Of a stretch of DNA of 64,000 bases, positions 1 to 9,276 are shown piece after piece. The notes beneath the pieces were generated by a model that saw only the letters and a program-made list of their open reading frames with translations, was not told the origin of the DNA and did not search any database. The number at the start of each line of letters is the position of its first letter. Position 1 is the stretch's first letter. The DNA is from Verrucomicrobiota bacterium (lineage in GTDB: Bacteria; Verrucomicrobiota; Verrucomicrobiia; Limisphaerales; UBA11358), in assembly GCA_050010435.1 (NCBI GenBank), contig JBEKKZ010000006.1, forward strand, positions 128,666-192,665, written 5' to 3'. A program made the translations under genes and the position numbers.

Positions 1-526
1 AACGGCTCACCTGCCCCTGGTTGTCAATCACCATTTCGCCGAACCTCGAAGGCGCACGCACGGCGGCCACAGTCGCCTGCCGACCATGCTTCCGGTGAAA
101 AGCCAGTTCCGCCTTCACATCAATGTCCGCCACGCCATCGCCATAGGTGAGCGCGAAATTTTCCGATTTGATATAAGGCAGCGCGCGCAAAAGGCGCATG
201 CCGGTCATGGCGGCGGCGCCGGTCTCCACGAAAGTAATCCTCCATCCGTCCTCGGTGTGGGCGTTGTGAAACTCGACCTTCTTGGTGGAACCCAGCGTGA
301 GGGTGAAATCGTTGTTCAAGGTTTCGTAGTTGAGAAAGTAATCCTTGATCATCGCGCCCTTGTAGCCCAGGCACAGCACAAACTCGTTGAACCCCTGTGC
401 GGCGTAGATTTTCATGATGTGCCAGAGAATCGGGCGCCCCCCGATTTCGACCATGGGCTTGGGACGATACTCCGTTTCCTCCCGCAATCGCGTTCCGAGT
501 CCGCCGCACAAGATCATCACCTGCAT
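1..526 (-). CDS. rfbF: glucose-1-phosphate cytidylyltransferase; N-terminal ~175 aa present, 3' end runs off the window
   Basis: Hand translation of the minus strand from ATG (complement of 524-526): MQVMILCGGLGTRLREETEYRPKPMVEIGGRPILWHIMKIYAAQGFNEFVLCLGYKG... It has the GGxGTRL nucleotidyltransferase motif and an RfbF-like sequence. It is absent from the ORF track because the stop lies outside the window. Confidence 0.8.
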   Translation of the reverse strand, partial: MQVMILCGGLGTRLREETEYRPKPMVEIGGRPILWHIMKIYAAQGFNEFVLCLGYKGAMIKDYFLNYETLNNDFTLTLGSTKKVEFHNAHTEDGWRITFVETGAAAMTGMRLLRALPYIKSENFALTYGDGVADIDVKAELAFHRKHGRQATVAAVRAPSRFGEMVIDNQGQVSR

Positions 527-614
527 GGGAAGAGTGTATCTTTCCCGGTGGCCGTTCATCAAGGCCATTCTCGACACTCAGGCAACCAAGCCCGGCACCT
601 TTCCCGCCGGACGC

Positions 615-2507
615 TCATGGTTTGAACTTCACGACATGCCAGGGTTGCAATCCATCGGCGACTTTCAACGTGGCATTGGTGGTGGCGACGAGCTCCGCGC
701 CGGATGTTCGGAGCCACGCTTCGAGCGTCGTGTTATTCTGCTTCAAATTAAGTCCGCCGACAACGACATATTGAACGCGTTGGCGGATTTGCTCCGGCGG
801 ATCGGTCAGGAGAAAAATTTCCACACGCCGTCCGCCATAGGGTCGCCAGAGTGAGATGTCAACGTCGTCTCCCATTCCGATGAAACCGACGGCTTTGATG
901 TCCGGCGGAAGGAGCGCGCGAATGCCGGCAAGCGAGTCGGAACGTCCGGCATAAACGGTGTAAACCTTCAGCGCGCGGGCCAGCAAATGCTGATTCGGAT
1001 GTTGTGCCACCGCTCTGGTCAAAATGGTTTGGGCCGGCCACAACGGACGATCCGGCGACAGGATCAAAACGACAAAAGCCAGAATTAAAACCGCGCCGGC
1101 CATCGCGCGCCACCAGCAACGGCGGATGATTTCCGATTGCGCCGGATGGATGAGCAACCCCGGCAGCAACAACGGATAGTAAGGCGCGATGAGGCGTGCG
1201 GCCGAGGTCATTCCCGTTTTCGCGCAGTAGGCCGCCAGCGACACCCAGGCGGAAATCAGCACGCAACGGCACAGCGCGGATGGAATCGCCCCGGCAGTCG
1301 GCGCGCACGGTTTGGTCCCCCGAATCCAAAAGGACCCGAGAATAGAAACCAGCAGCAGCACACAGATGCCAAAACCGACGCCGGCCCAATCCTCGGTCGG
1401 CAGTTCTCCAACCGTGAAAAATTGTTTGTCGAAATATTTGTCCGCCAGCGCGACCAGAAAATCGGGCATGAGCGACGGGGCATGCGTGTTCCACCAGCCC
1501 GCCAGTGGGAAGATCGGCGGCACAACATTGGCCATCAGTATCTGGAAGCCGTTGCCGCAGAGGCCCACCAGCGGATTTTTCATGACCATGCAGGACCCTT
1601 CGAGTTTCGCCCCCGACCAGTCACCGCAGTAATGCGTGTTCAAAATTGCCATCGGCAGAAATGAAACCAACGCCGCCAAAAGGATCACGAGCGCCGTGGC
1701 CGCCGGTTTGCGGAGAAGCCGCGGGAGGAGCGCGAAGATCAAAATCGCCCATGGCAGGAGCAAGGGCAGGTTGCTGGGCTTCGCCCCGATCAGGAGCGCG
1801 GCGGCCAAAATCGAGTGCCACAAGTCCGCCGAACGCCGCGAAACCCACGCGCGGGCGGCGAAGTCCAGCGCGGCCAGCGCATAGACGGCGGGAAACGTGT
1901 CGTTGGCGATGCTGCCGGCCTGAAGAAGGAAAGTGTAGCCGGTGGGCAGCAGCCACATCCATTGCCAGGCGACTCGCGCTCGGACGCCCAGCCGCGTGAA
2001 GACGCTGAAAATCAATCCGGGCAAAAGCAGGAACGAAATGAAGTTGATGAGAAACAGGGCGCGGTCGGATTTGGTGAACAGCAGTTGCGGCGCGGTCAGC
2101 CATTCGATGCCGCAGGCGCGGTCGTTCATCCGGACATTCGGCGTGTGAATCCACCACCATTGCCCGTGCGCGAGCCATTGCAACACGCGCGGCAACCGAT
2201 AATTCAACCCGGTGTAATTGGTCGGCGCATACATGGCTCCGCCGAGAAAAATTAGAACCGCCAGCACGGCAAAGCCGAGTGGCAACGGCCGGCGGAAGCG
2301 GCGCAGGATTTTTTTTAAGCGCGAAGTTTTGTTGCCGGAAACGGTTCCCAATTCCTTGCGGAAAAAGAAAAGGAAGACGGCGAAGACGGCGAAAAAAATC
2401 GTGTAGCCGGGGCGATTCAACTGCCCCAGCACGGACAGAGTCCAGCCCGCGGCAGTTGCGAGCGCGGAAACCCAAAGCCAGAGCCTGACGAGCGGAAGAA
2501 ATGACAT
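615..2507 (-). CDS. polytopic integral membrane protein with a soluble C-terminal domain; possible GT-C-type glycosyltransferase or polymerase
   Basis: ORF 615..2603. Many hydrophobic segments. The ATG at 2507 (MSFLPLVRLWLW...) is preferred over 2603, whose extension is Arg/Lys-rich. It sits in a sugar-modification cluster. Confidence 0.55.
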   Translation of the reverse strand: MSFLPLVRLWLWVSALATAAGWTLSVLGQLNRPGYTIFFAVFAVFLFFFRKELGTVSGNKTSRLKKILRRFRRPLPLGFAVLAVLIFLGGAMYAPTNYTGLNYRLPRVLQWLAHGQWWWIHTPNVRMNDRACGIEWLTAPQLLFTKSDRALFLINFISFLLLPGLIFSVFTRLGVRARVAWQWMWLLPTGYTFLLQAGSIANDTFPAVYALAALDFAARAWVSRRSADLWHSILAAALLIGAKPSNLPLLLPWAILIFALLPRLLRKPAATALVILLAALVSFLPMAILNTHYCGDWSGAKLEGSCMVMKNPLVGLCGNGFQILMANVVPPIFPLAGWWNTHAPSLMPDFLVALADKYFDKQFFTVGELPTEDWAGVGFGICVLLLVSILGSFWIRGTKPCAPTAGAIPSALCRCVLISAWVSLAAYCAKTGMTSAARLIAPYYPLLLPGLLIHPAQSEIIRRCWWRAMAGAVLILAFVVLILSPDRPLWPAQTILTRAVAQHPNQHLLARALKVYTVYAGRSDSLAGIRALLPPDIKAVGFIGMGDDVDISLWRPYGGRRVEIFLLTDPPEQIRQRVQYVVVGGLNLKQNNTTLEAWLRTSGAELVATTNATLKVADGLQPWHVVKFKP

Positions 2508-2726
2508 TTTTACGCGGCGGCGACCGTAGGCGGATTTGCCCTGCGCGTCAAATGTTTTCTTCCCGCGCGCGCCGGTTTTCGAAAAGGCGGCCGGCCGGGT
2601 CAAAGAATGTTCACCTTCGGGAATTATTTTATTACGCCGCCCAATCGGGGCCCCGGCTCAAATACGCTTGCAGTCCTGCGTCAGTCTGTTTCCATTGCGC
2701 CACTGCCTGTTGGGCAAAGAAAAATT

Positions 2727-4319
2727 ATGTACTGTGTCATCGGTTCCGGTCCCGCAGGCGTTGCCTGCGCCCGGGCGCTGCTCGTCCGCGGCGCGAACGT
2801 GTTGATGCTGGACGCCGGACTTGAATTGGAGCCGGAGCGCGCCCAAGTCGTCCGCGAACTCGCCTCCGCCAGGCCATCGGAATGGCGGCCCGGGCAGGTC
2901 GCCAAATTGAAAGAAGGCATGGCCGCCGGCGCCAAAGGCATTCCGCTCAAATTGATTTTCGGCTCGGACTATCCCTACCGCGAAACGGAACAGCACATTC
3001 CCTGGCAGGGACAAGGCGTGGGCCTTCGCCCCTCGCTGGCGCTGGGCGGCTTCAGCACCGTCTGGGGCGCGGCCATGCTGCCGTACCGGGACGCGGACCT
3101 GGACGACTGGCCCGTCAAAAACGCGGACCTGGAACAACATTACCGCGCCGTGACCGAATTCACCGGCCTGGCCGCGCAGCGCGACGATTTGGAGGAATTG
3201 TTTCCGCTGCATTGCGACCATCCGCATACCCTGCAACCCAGCGGGCAGGCCGGTTTGCTTTCCAGCAACCTCAACTGTCATCGCGCCAAACTCCGGGACC
3301 GTGGCTGGCGGTTTGGCCGCGCGCGGCTGGCGGTGCGCGCCGCCGACTCGCCGGAGGGCATCGGCTGCGTCTATTGCGGCCTGTGCATGTATGGCTGCCC
3401 CTACGGCTGCATTTACAACAGCGCCGACACGGTGAACGGATTGCACCGGGAGAAACAATTCACGTATCAACGCGATGTCATTGTCACGTCGCTGCGCGAA
3501 CAGGCCGGCAAAGTCATCGTCGAAGGTCATCACCGCCGGACGCGCGCGCCGCTTTCGTTTGACGCAACCCGCGTTTATCTGGCCGCCGGCGTGATTCCCA
3601 CCGCACAAATCCTGCTGCGCTCCCAGTCCGCCTACGACCGGCCATTGCGTCTGTGCGACAGCCAGTATTTTCTTTTTCCGCTGGTGCTGGGGCGGCGGAC
3701 ACGCGGCGTGCAGACCGAGCCGCTTTGCACGTTGAGCCAGTTGTTCATTGAAATTTGCCGGCCGGAAATCAGCCGCCGCACCGTGCATCTGCAGGTTTAC
3801 ACCTACAGCGATTTGATCGGGCAGGCCGTGCGGAAAACGTTTGGACCGCTCGCGCGGCCGCTGGAAATTCTGGCGCGGCAACTGGAGGAGCGCATGGTCA
3901 TCGTCCAGGGCTATCTGCATTCCGACGAATCGCAGACCATTTCCCTGACCCTCAAACGCGGCGGCGCCGGCGGCCCGGACTGCCTGCAGGTGGCCGCGCA
4001 ACCGAACCCGGCGACACGCCGCACGGTCAAACGGGTGCTGGGTGAAATGCTGCGAAACTCGCGGCGGCTCGGCGGAATGGTTCTGCCGCCGATGCTGCAA
4101 ATGGCCGAGCCGGGCCGCGGATTCCACAACGGCGGCTCGTTTCCCATGCGCGAAAAACCGGGCGCGTTTGAAAGCGACCGCCTCGGCCGGCCCCACGGCT
4201 GGTCGCGTGTTCACGCGGTGGACGCGACGGTGCTGCCCAGCGTGCCCGCGACGACCATTACTTTTTCCGTGATGGCCAACGCCCACCGCATCGGCTGGGA
4301 GGCCGCCAAACTGGATTGA
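2727..4319 (+). CDS. FAD-dependent oxidoreductase, GMC-like
   Basis: ORF 2607..4319. The internal ATG at 2727 gives MYCVIGSGPAGVACARAL (Rossmann GxGxxG). The C-terminus ...TITFSVMANAHRIGW resembles the GMC oxidoreductase C-terminal region. Confidence 0.7.
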   Translation: MYCVIGSGPAGVACARALLVRGANVLMLDAGLELEPERAQVVRELASARPSEWRPGQVAKLKEGMAAGAKGIPLKLIFGSDYPYRETEQHIPWQGQGVGLRPSLALGGFSTVWGAAMLPYRDADLDDWPVKNADLEQHYRAVTEFTGLAAQRDDLEELFPLHCDHPHTLQPSGQAGLLSSNLNCHRAKLRDRGWRFGRARLAVRAADSPEGIGCVYCGLCMYGCPYGCIYNSADTVNGLHREKQFTYQRDVIVTSLREQAGKVIVEGHHRRTRAPLSFDATRVYLAAGVIPTAQILLRSQSAYDRPLRLCDSQYFLFPLVLGRRTRGVQTEPLCTLSQLFIEICRPEISRRTVHLQVYTYSDLIGQAVRKTFGPLARPLEILARQLEERMVIVQGYLHSDESQTISLTLKRGGAGGPDCLQVAAQPNPATRRTVKRVLGEMLRNSRRLGGMVLPPMLQMAEPGRGFHNGGSFPMREKPGAFESDRLGRPHGWSRVHAVDATVLPSVPATTITFSVMANAHRIGWEAAKLD

Positions 4320-4418
4320 ATTGATTCACGGCAAATTGTATGTGGATTGGCAGGGCCGCGCGGCCGCGCGGCCACCCGGCGGCGCAGCAGCGCCGCCCTA
4401 CCCTGGTTGGGTAATGAC

Positions 4419-5309
4419 ATGAGCAACCCGATAAACGAAAAAACTTCGAGACCGGTTTGCGCGATCACCGGCGCCGGCGGTTACGTCGGCGGCTGCCTCA
4501 AAAATTTCTTCGCGGCGCGCGGCTGGGAAATTTTGGAACTGACCCGCCGGCCGAAGCCCGGCGCGCGGGCGGTGGCGTTTCAACTGGGCGCGGAAATTTC
4601 CCCGCCGGCGCTGGCCGGGGTGACCGCGCTGGTTCATTGCGCCTACGATTTCAAACCGCTGCGATGGGATGAAATCCGCGCGGTGAATGTGGAAGGGACG
4701 CGAAAAATTCTCCAGGCGGCGGGCGCGGCGGGCATCAAAAAAATCGCCTGCCTTTCCTCCATCAGCGCCTACGACGGCTGCCGGTCGCTTTACGGCCGGG
4801 CGAAACTGGAAATCGAAAAAATCGCGCTGGACAACGGCGCGCTGGCGATCCGGCCCGGTCTGGTTTACGGCAGCGGTCCGGGCGGAATGTTCGGCAAGCT
4901 GGCCGCCCAGGTCCGCAATTCGTCTGTAATTCCGATGATTGGCGACGGCTCGCAGATCCAATTCCTGGTTCACAACGAGGACCTGTCGGCGTTCATCGAA
5001 AAATTCGCCGCCGGGAAAATCCAGGTTGCGCCGCGCGTTTTGACCGCCGCGCACGGGCAGCCGTGGCCGTTCAAACAACTGCTGCTGGAAATCGCGCGTG
5101 GACTGGACAAAAAGGTAAAATTCATTCCGCTGCCCTGGCGGCTGGTCTGGGCCGGATTAAAATCGGCTGAAACGTGCGGGTTGCGATTGAATTTCCGCAG
5201 CGACAGCCTGGTGAGTTTGATGCATCAAAATCCCAGCCCGGATTTCGGGCCAAATGCGGAGGCCGGATTGATCTGCCGCCCGTTTCAGATTGCGACGCTG
5301 CAGCTCTAG
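4419..5309 (+). CDS. NAD-dependent epimerase/dehydratase (extended SDR)
   Basis: ORF 4347..5309. The ATG at 4419 gives MSNPINEKTSRPVCAITGAGGYVGG (TGxxGxxG). Confidence 0.75.
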   Translation: MSNPINEKTSRPVCAITGAGGYVGGCLKNFFAARGWEILELTRRPKPGARAVAFQLGAEISPPALAGVTALVHCAYDFKPLRWDEIRAVNVEGTRKILQAAGAAGIKKIACLSSISAYDGCRSLYGRAKLEIEKIALDNGALAIRPGLVYGSGPGGMFGKLAAQVRNSSVIPMIGDGSQIQFLVHNEDLSAFIEKFAAGKIQVAPRVLTAAHGQPWPFKQLLLEIARGLDKKVKFIPLPWRLVWAGLKSAETCGLRLNFRSDSLVSLMHQNPSPDFGPNAEAGLICRPFQIATLQL

Positions 5310-6499
5310 CCGCCCGGCGGCATCGGCGGCCGGCGCGACACGGTTTTCAATCCCAGGACGCTCATGAAGAAGCTCGAGAAAACGGACTGGATGCCGAGAA
5401 CAATGAGCGTCACCGCCGGAATCAGCCGCCGCAGATTGTCCTCGGGCGACAGGAGGCCATAATCCGCCTGTCGCCAAATCCACAAGGCACGGACCAGCAA
5501 AATGGTTCCCGCCAGCAGAATGGCCAGGCCGAGCAGGATGCCCTTTTCGAGCGTGAAAACCTTGAACACGCGCGTGAGCTTCGGGTCATCCGGCAACAAT
5601 CCCTCCGCAATGGCAAACACCTTGGTGTAGAACGCGAAGGCCACCAGCTGAAAGCCGATGATGACCGTCATGCACGCCACGGCCAGCGTGCCGACGTTGA
5701 ACATGACCGCGCCGAGATGGAACGTTTTGCACGAAAGCGCGGCGGACACGGCGATACCCAGGACGGAAAGCAGCAGTCCGGGCACGAGAAACAGCCAGCG
5801 CGGTGAAAACAGCAGCATGAACCGCAAGTGCCGCCAGCCATCGCGCCACGGCTTCAAATGCGGCGGGCGCGAACGTCCGTCCTTGTGCAGCGTAATGGGG
5901 ACTTCGGTGATCTTAAGCCGCTTGAGCGTGGCCTTGATGACCATTTCCGACGCGAACTCCATGCCGGTCGTCTGCAAATCCATTTTTTCAAACGCCGCCC
6001 GGGTAAAGCCGCGCAAGCCGCAATGAAAATCGCGGGCCGGGCATTTAAAAAAAAGCTGTCCGATGAACGACAGCACCGGGTTGCCAATCCAGCGGTTTTT
6101 CCATGGCATCGCGCCCGGCATGATGGTTCCGCCGCCACTCGGCAGCCGGCAACCCATGACCAGTTCAAAGCCTTCCTGAAATCTTTTCGCGAAACCCGTG
6201 ATTTCGGAAAAATCGTAGCTGTCGTCGGCGTCGCCCATGAGGATCCATTTCCCGGACGCGGCGCGGACGCCGCCGATGAGCGCACTGCCGTAGCCTTTTT
6301 CCTTCACCGGCACGAGGCGCACGCCGGCTTTTTCCGCGATGGCCTGCGAGCCGTCGGTGCTGCCGTTGTCGGCGATGACGATTTCGCCACGCACACCGGA
6401 GCGTTGGAGGCCAAGCTTCGCCTTCTCGATGCAGCGCGCGAGTGTTTCCGCCTCGTTCAGGCATGGCATGACGATGCTGAGTTCAATGGAGTCAGTCAT
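5306..6499 (-). CDS. family 2 glycosyltransferase with C-terminal transmembrane helices (polyprenyl-phosphate sugar synthase-like)
   Basis: SIVMPCLNEAETL...IVIADNGSTDGS...GDADDSYD are GT2 motifs. The C-terminal third is hydrophobic, an ArnC/GtrB-like architecture. Confidence 0.8.
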   Translation of the reverse strand: MTDSIELSIVMPCLNEAETLARCIEKAKLGLQRSGVRGEIVIADNGSTDGSQAIAEKAGVRLVPVKEKGYGSALIGGVRAASGKWILMGDADDSYDFSEITGFAKRFQEGFELVMGCRLPSGGGTIMPGAMPWKNRWIGNPVLSFIGQLFFKCPARDFHCGLRGFTRAAFEKMDLQTTGMEFASEMVIKATLKRLKITEVPITLHKDGRSRPPHLKPWRDGWRHLRFMLLFSPRWLFLVPGLLLSVLGIAVSAALSCKTFHLGAVMFNVGTLAVACMTVIIGFQLVAFAFYTKVFAIAEGLLPDDPKLTRVFKVFTLEKGILLGLAILLAGTILLVRALWIWRQADYGLLSPEDNLRRLIPAVTLIVLGIQSVFSSFFMSVLGLKTVSRRPPMPPGG

Positions 6500-6597
6500 G
6501 AGTCAAGCTTACTTGAACGCCCGGTTATCTGGCGAGCACAGTTCAGGTACGCAAAGAACCAAACCCAGAGGAGGACCGCCGTTGACATGATTACGCA

Positions 6598-7323
6598 TCA
6601 GTTCCGCAGAAAGTTGTATTTGAAAATGCACCAAAAGGCGTGCACTCCGTCTTGCCAGCCGATTTTTTTGCCTTCCGCGTAAGTGCGCCCGTAATAGGAA
6701 ATCGCCACTTCGTAGATGCGCACCTTCAACCGGGCCATTTTAGACACCACTTCCGGCTCAAAACCAAAACGGTTCTCTTCAATTTTGATCTGTTGAATCA
6801 CTTCCCGCCGGAAAACTTTGTAGCAGGCTTCCATGTCCGTCAGGTTGAGGTTGGTGACCATGTTGGAAAAAGTGGTCAAAAGGTTGTTTCCCACCGAGTG
6901 CCAGTAATACAACACGCGATGCGCGCCGGCGCCAAGAAACCGTGATCCAAACACTACATCCGCCTTGTCCGTCAAAATCGGAGCCAGCAACCGGTGATAT
7001 TCCGTCGGATCATACTCCAAATCGGCATCTTGAACCATCACGACAGGCGCGGTTGCCTGGGCAAACCCCGTGCGCAAGGCCGCGCCTTTGCCCTGATTTT
7101 GCTCATGCCGCGCCAAGGTCACCCGCGCATCGCCGTTCGTGGCCGACTTCAATTTTTCCCAAGTGCCGTCCGTGGAAGCGTCGTCCACAACGACCAGTTG
7201 TTGAACCGGACGCTGCAACAGCACAATTTTGATGACTTCGGCAACCGTCGCCGCTTCGTTGTAAACCGGCATCACGACCGAAAGGCACGGTTCAATGTCG
7301 GCGTTGGATTTGATTTCGCTCAT
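6598..7323 (-). CDS. family 2 glycosyltransferase (dolichyl/polyprenyl-phosphate sugar synthase-like)
   Basis: LSVVMPVYNEAATV...VVVDDASTDGT...VQDADLEYDP. The ORF extends to 7368, but ATG 7323 (MSEIKS...) is preferred. Confidence 0.8.
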   Translation of the reverse strand: MSEIKSNADIEPCLSVVMPVYNEAATVAEVIKIVLLQRPVQQLVVVDDASTDGTWEKLKSATNGDARVTLARHEQNQGKGAALRTGFAQATAPVVMVQDADLEYDPTEYHRLLAPILTDKADVVFGSRFLGAGAHRVLYYWHSVGNNLLTTFSNMVTNLNLTDMEACYKVFRREVIQQIKIEENRFGFEPEVVSKMARLKVRIYEVAISYYGRTYAEGKKIGWQDGVHAFWCIFKYNFLRN

Positions 7324-7426
7324 TTGACAATTCACCCAAAGCGGTTCGGTTTGAATGGAAACTGGCAAAAACCGCGGAGCGGTTCAATCCGCAAATTTCA
7401 CAACGTGATAATCCGATGCGGGTTCT

Positions 7427-7500
7427 GGGAGCGCTGGCGTCCCCGCCGGCGAGTGGATAATCTGTCGTCCGTAGCGAGCCGGCGGGACGCCGGCGCTCCC
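7427..7500. repeat. imperfect inverted repeat (about 23-nt arms) in the divergent intergenic region
   Basis: GGGAGCGCTGGCGTCCCCGCCGGC at 7427-7450 pairs with GCCGGCGGGACGCCGGCGCTCCC at 7478-7500. The core AGCGCNGGCGTCNCGCC resembles repeats at 42832 and 46456. Confidence 0.6.
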
Positions 7501-7574
7501 AGGAGGAAATGTCACGGCCATTGATCATTGGCAAATTCGCTTTTCTTTCCCGGCCGCCCTTTTACGCTGTGGCC

Positions 7575-8060
7575 GTGCCTTCATTCGACATTGTTTCCCA
7601 GGTCAACTCGATGGAAATTGAGAACGCCGTGAATCAGGCCAACAAGGAACTGGCCAACCGCTTCGATTTCAAGGGCAGCAACGCGGAAATCGTTCTCGAA
7701 AAAAACGAAATCAAGCTCTCCGCCGGGGACCAGTTCAAAATCAAGGCGCTCGCGGAAATCGTCATGGGCCGGCTCGCCAAACGCAACATCAGTCTCAAGA
7801 GCGTGGATACGGCCGGGCCGGACGTTTCCCCGCTCGGCCACGCGCGGCAGGTCATCAAAATCAAACAGGGCATTGAAACGACCGTTGCCAAACAAATCAC
7901 CGGCTTCATCCGCGACGGCAAATTCAAGGTGACGACGCAGATCCAGGGCGACGCCATCCGCGTGACCGGCAAGAGCCGGGACGAACTGCAAACCGTCATC
8001 GCCGTCGTGCGCGTGCAGGATTTTCCCGTGCCGGTGCAGTTTGTGAATTTTAGGGATTGA
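7575..8060 (+). CDS. yajQ: YajQ-family (UPF0234) nucleotide-binding protein
   Basis: A GTG start at 7575 gives (M)PSFDIVSQVNSMEIENAVNQANKELANRFDFKGS..., the typical YajQ N-terminus, about 161 aa. Confidence 0.85.
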   Translation: MPSFDIVSQVNSMEIENAVNQANKELANRFDFKGSNAEIVLEKNEIKLSAGDQFKIKALAEIVMGRLAKRNISLKSVDTAGPDVSPLGHARQVIKIKQGIETTVAKQITGFIRDGKFKVTTQIQGDAIRVTGKSRDELQTVIAVVRVQDFPVPVQFVNFRD

Positions 8061-8063
8061 ATT

Positions 8064-8572
8064 GTGATAAAACCGTTCATCACTTCAAATACGCCAAGCC
8101 AAAAAATTTTATTCGAAAATTTTGGAATTACATTCCACTATGCTCAAATACTTGAAGACAATTTGAAGCTCATTTTAGCAATGGCCGAATTGCAGGGACT
8201 TGTCGCTATTGATCGCAAAAAAGATTTACGCATAAAAAACAGGGATGAATTTCTTGTTGAGGCGTGCATGGGAAATTGAAAGAAGTTCTAAAAAAGAATT
8301 TTGGTGATGACGAGGATTTTCACAAAGTTTTTGACGAGGCTAACGTCGCACGTCGGCTTTTGGCTCATCGTTTTTCCCTCGAACATGCAATGGATTTTCA
8401 ATCCGAGGCTGGGTTGCTCAAAGTTAATGAACATTTGTCGGAACTTTACATCGCTATTCGTCAAGCCAACGAGGTTTCAATTGCGTTGCGAGATGAAATT
8501 TTCAAGCGCGTCGGCCTCACGCCAGAAATGGTAGACCGGAAACTCGAAGAGTTAAAGAAAGCCATTAGCTAA
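8064..8572 (+). CDS. AT-rich orphan gene in two overlapping frames (8064..8279 and 8264..8572); HEPN-like Rx4H motif; either frameshifted or expressed by -1 frameshifting
   Basis: One counted line (8101-8160) has 25% G+C, against a flanking value above 60%. The first frame ends ...EACMGN* and the second reads (M)HGKLKEVLKK... The junction GGGAAAT lies at 8270-8276. The motif ANVARRLLAH lies at about 8351-8368. Confidence 0.45.
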
Positions 8573-8583
8573 ATTACAGTTTA

Positions 8584-8634
8584 TCAAATCTCCACCACCT
8601 GTTTGTATTCCGGCACGATGACTTTAGCTTCATT
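8584..8634 (-). repeat. relic copy of the 3' end of the MBL/beta-CASP gene
   Basis: 8586-8625 is identical over 40/40 nt to 9279-9318. The relic still encodes ...KVIVPEYKQVVEI followed by a stop. Confidence 0.85.
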
Positions 8635-8655
8635 GCGCGTTGTGGTGGCGCAAAA

Positions 8656-8976
8656 TCATTCCAACATTTGCGGAACATCCTGCGCGCCATGGAGGACGCG
8701 GATAATTTGCAGGCGGCGCGGCTTGCCCGTCACGCGGTAGAAAATCAGATAATTCGTGAAGCGGCGCACAGGCCAGAAGCGCATCCCGGAAAGCTCGGCG
8801 CGGTTGGATTGGTAACGCGGGCTAACTTCCGGCCATTGCGCCAGCGTGCGAAAGCTCAAAAGCAATGCGTCCAGAAAACGCCCGGCCGCAGCGGGGTTCT
8901 TCATCGCGATGAACAGGTGAATGTCCGCCACGTCCCGGATCGTTTCTTCCGAGCGGATGATTTTAAGCGGCTTCAA
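8656..8976 (-). CDS. parE: RelE/ParE-family type II toxin
   Basis: ...IIRSEETIRDVADIHLFIAMKNPAAAGRFLDALLLSFRTLAQWPEVSP...FTNYLIFYRVTGKPRRLQIIRVLHGAQD. A TTG start at 8976 is inferred (in frame, overlapping the antitoxin stop). The annotated upstream part of ORF 8656..9162 looks non-coding. Confidence 0.7.
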   Translation of the reverse strand: MKPLKIIRSEETIRDVADIHLFIAMKNPAAAGRFLDALLLSFRTLAQWPEVSPRYQSNRAELSGMRFWPVRRFTNYLIFYRVTGKPRRLQIIRVLHGAQDVPQMLE

Positions 8977-9226
8977 GTTCCTTGAGCTTGCGGCGGGTGC
9001 GGGAGCGGATGCGGTCGAAATCGGCATCGGCCAGCGGCCTGGCCGGACTGCGAACTCCGGCCAGAAGCTTGCGATCCAAATCGGGAATGTCCAGGGCGGC
9101 CGCCTGCTCGGCTTTTTCCAAGGCGCGCAAGCCCGCCCGCACGACTTCGCTGGAGTTGCCATAACGCCCGCCCTCGATCAAGTCGGCAACGAAGTCTTCG
9201 TAGTATTTGCTCAACGCAACATTCAT
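8963..9226 (-). CDS. parD: ParD-family (ribbon-helix-helix) antitoxin
   Basis: MNVALSKYYEDFVADLIEGGRYGNSSEVVRAGLRALEKAEQ... matches the ParD-type GRYxSxSEVVRxxLRxLE pattern. It lies directly upstream of the toxin and overlaps it. Confidence 0.75.
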   Translation of the reverse strand: MNVALSKYYEDFVADLIEGGRYGNSSEVVRAGLRALEKAEQAAALDIPDLDRKLLAGVRSPARPLADADFDRIRSRTRRKLKELEAA

Positions 9227-9276
9227 GGTCTAACTTTAGACTGATAACATTAGTTGTCAATAGACGTTATCACCAC

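Noticed and set aside
86-625. 179-aa plus-strand ORF at the window start
   Set aside because: It is antisense to rfbF, whose minus-strand translation is an excellent nucleotidyltransferase match.
2658-4286. 542-aa minus-strand ORF
   Set aside because: It is antisense to the FAD oxidoreductase, whose Rossmann motif and GMC-like C-terminus support the plus strand.
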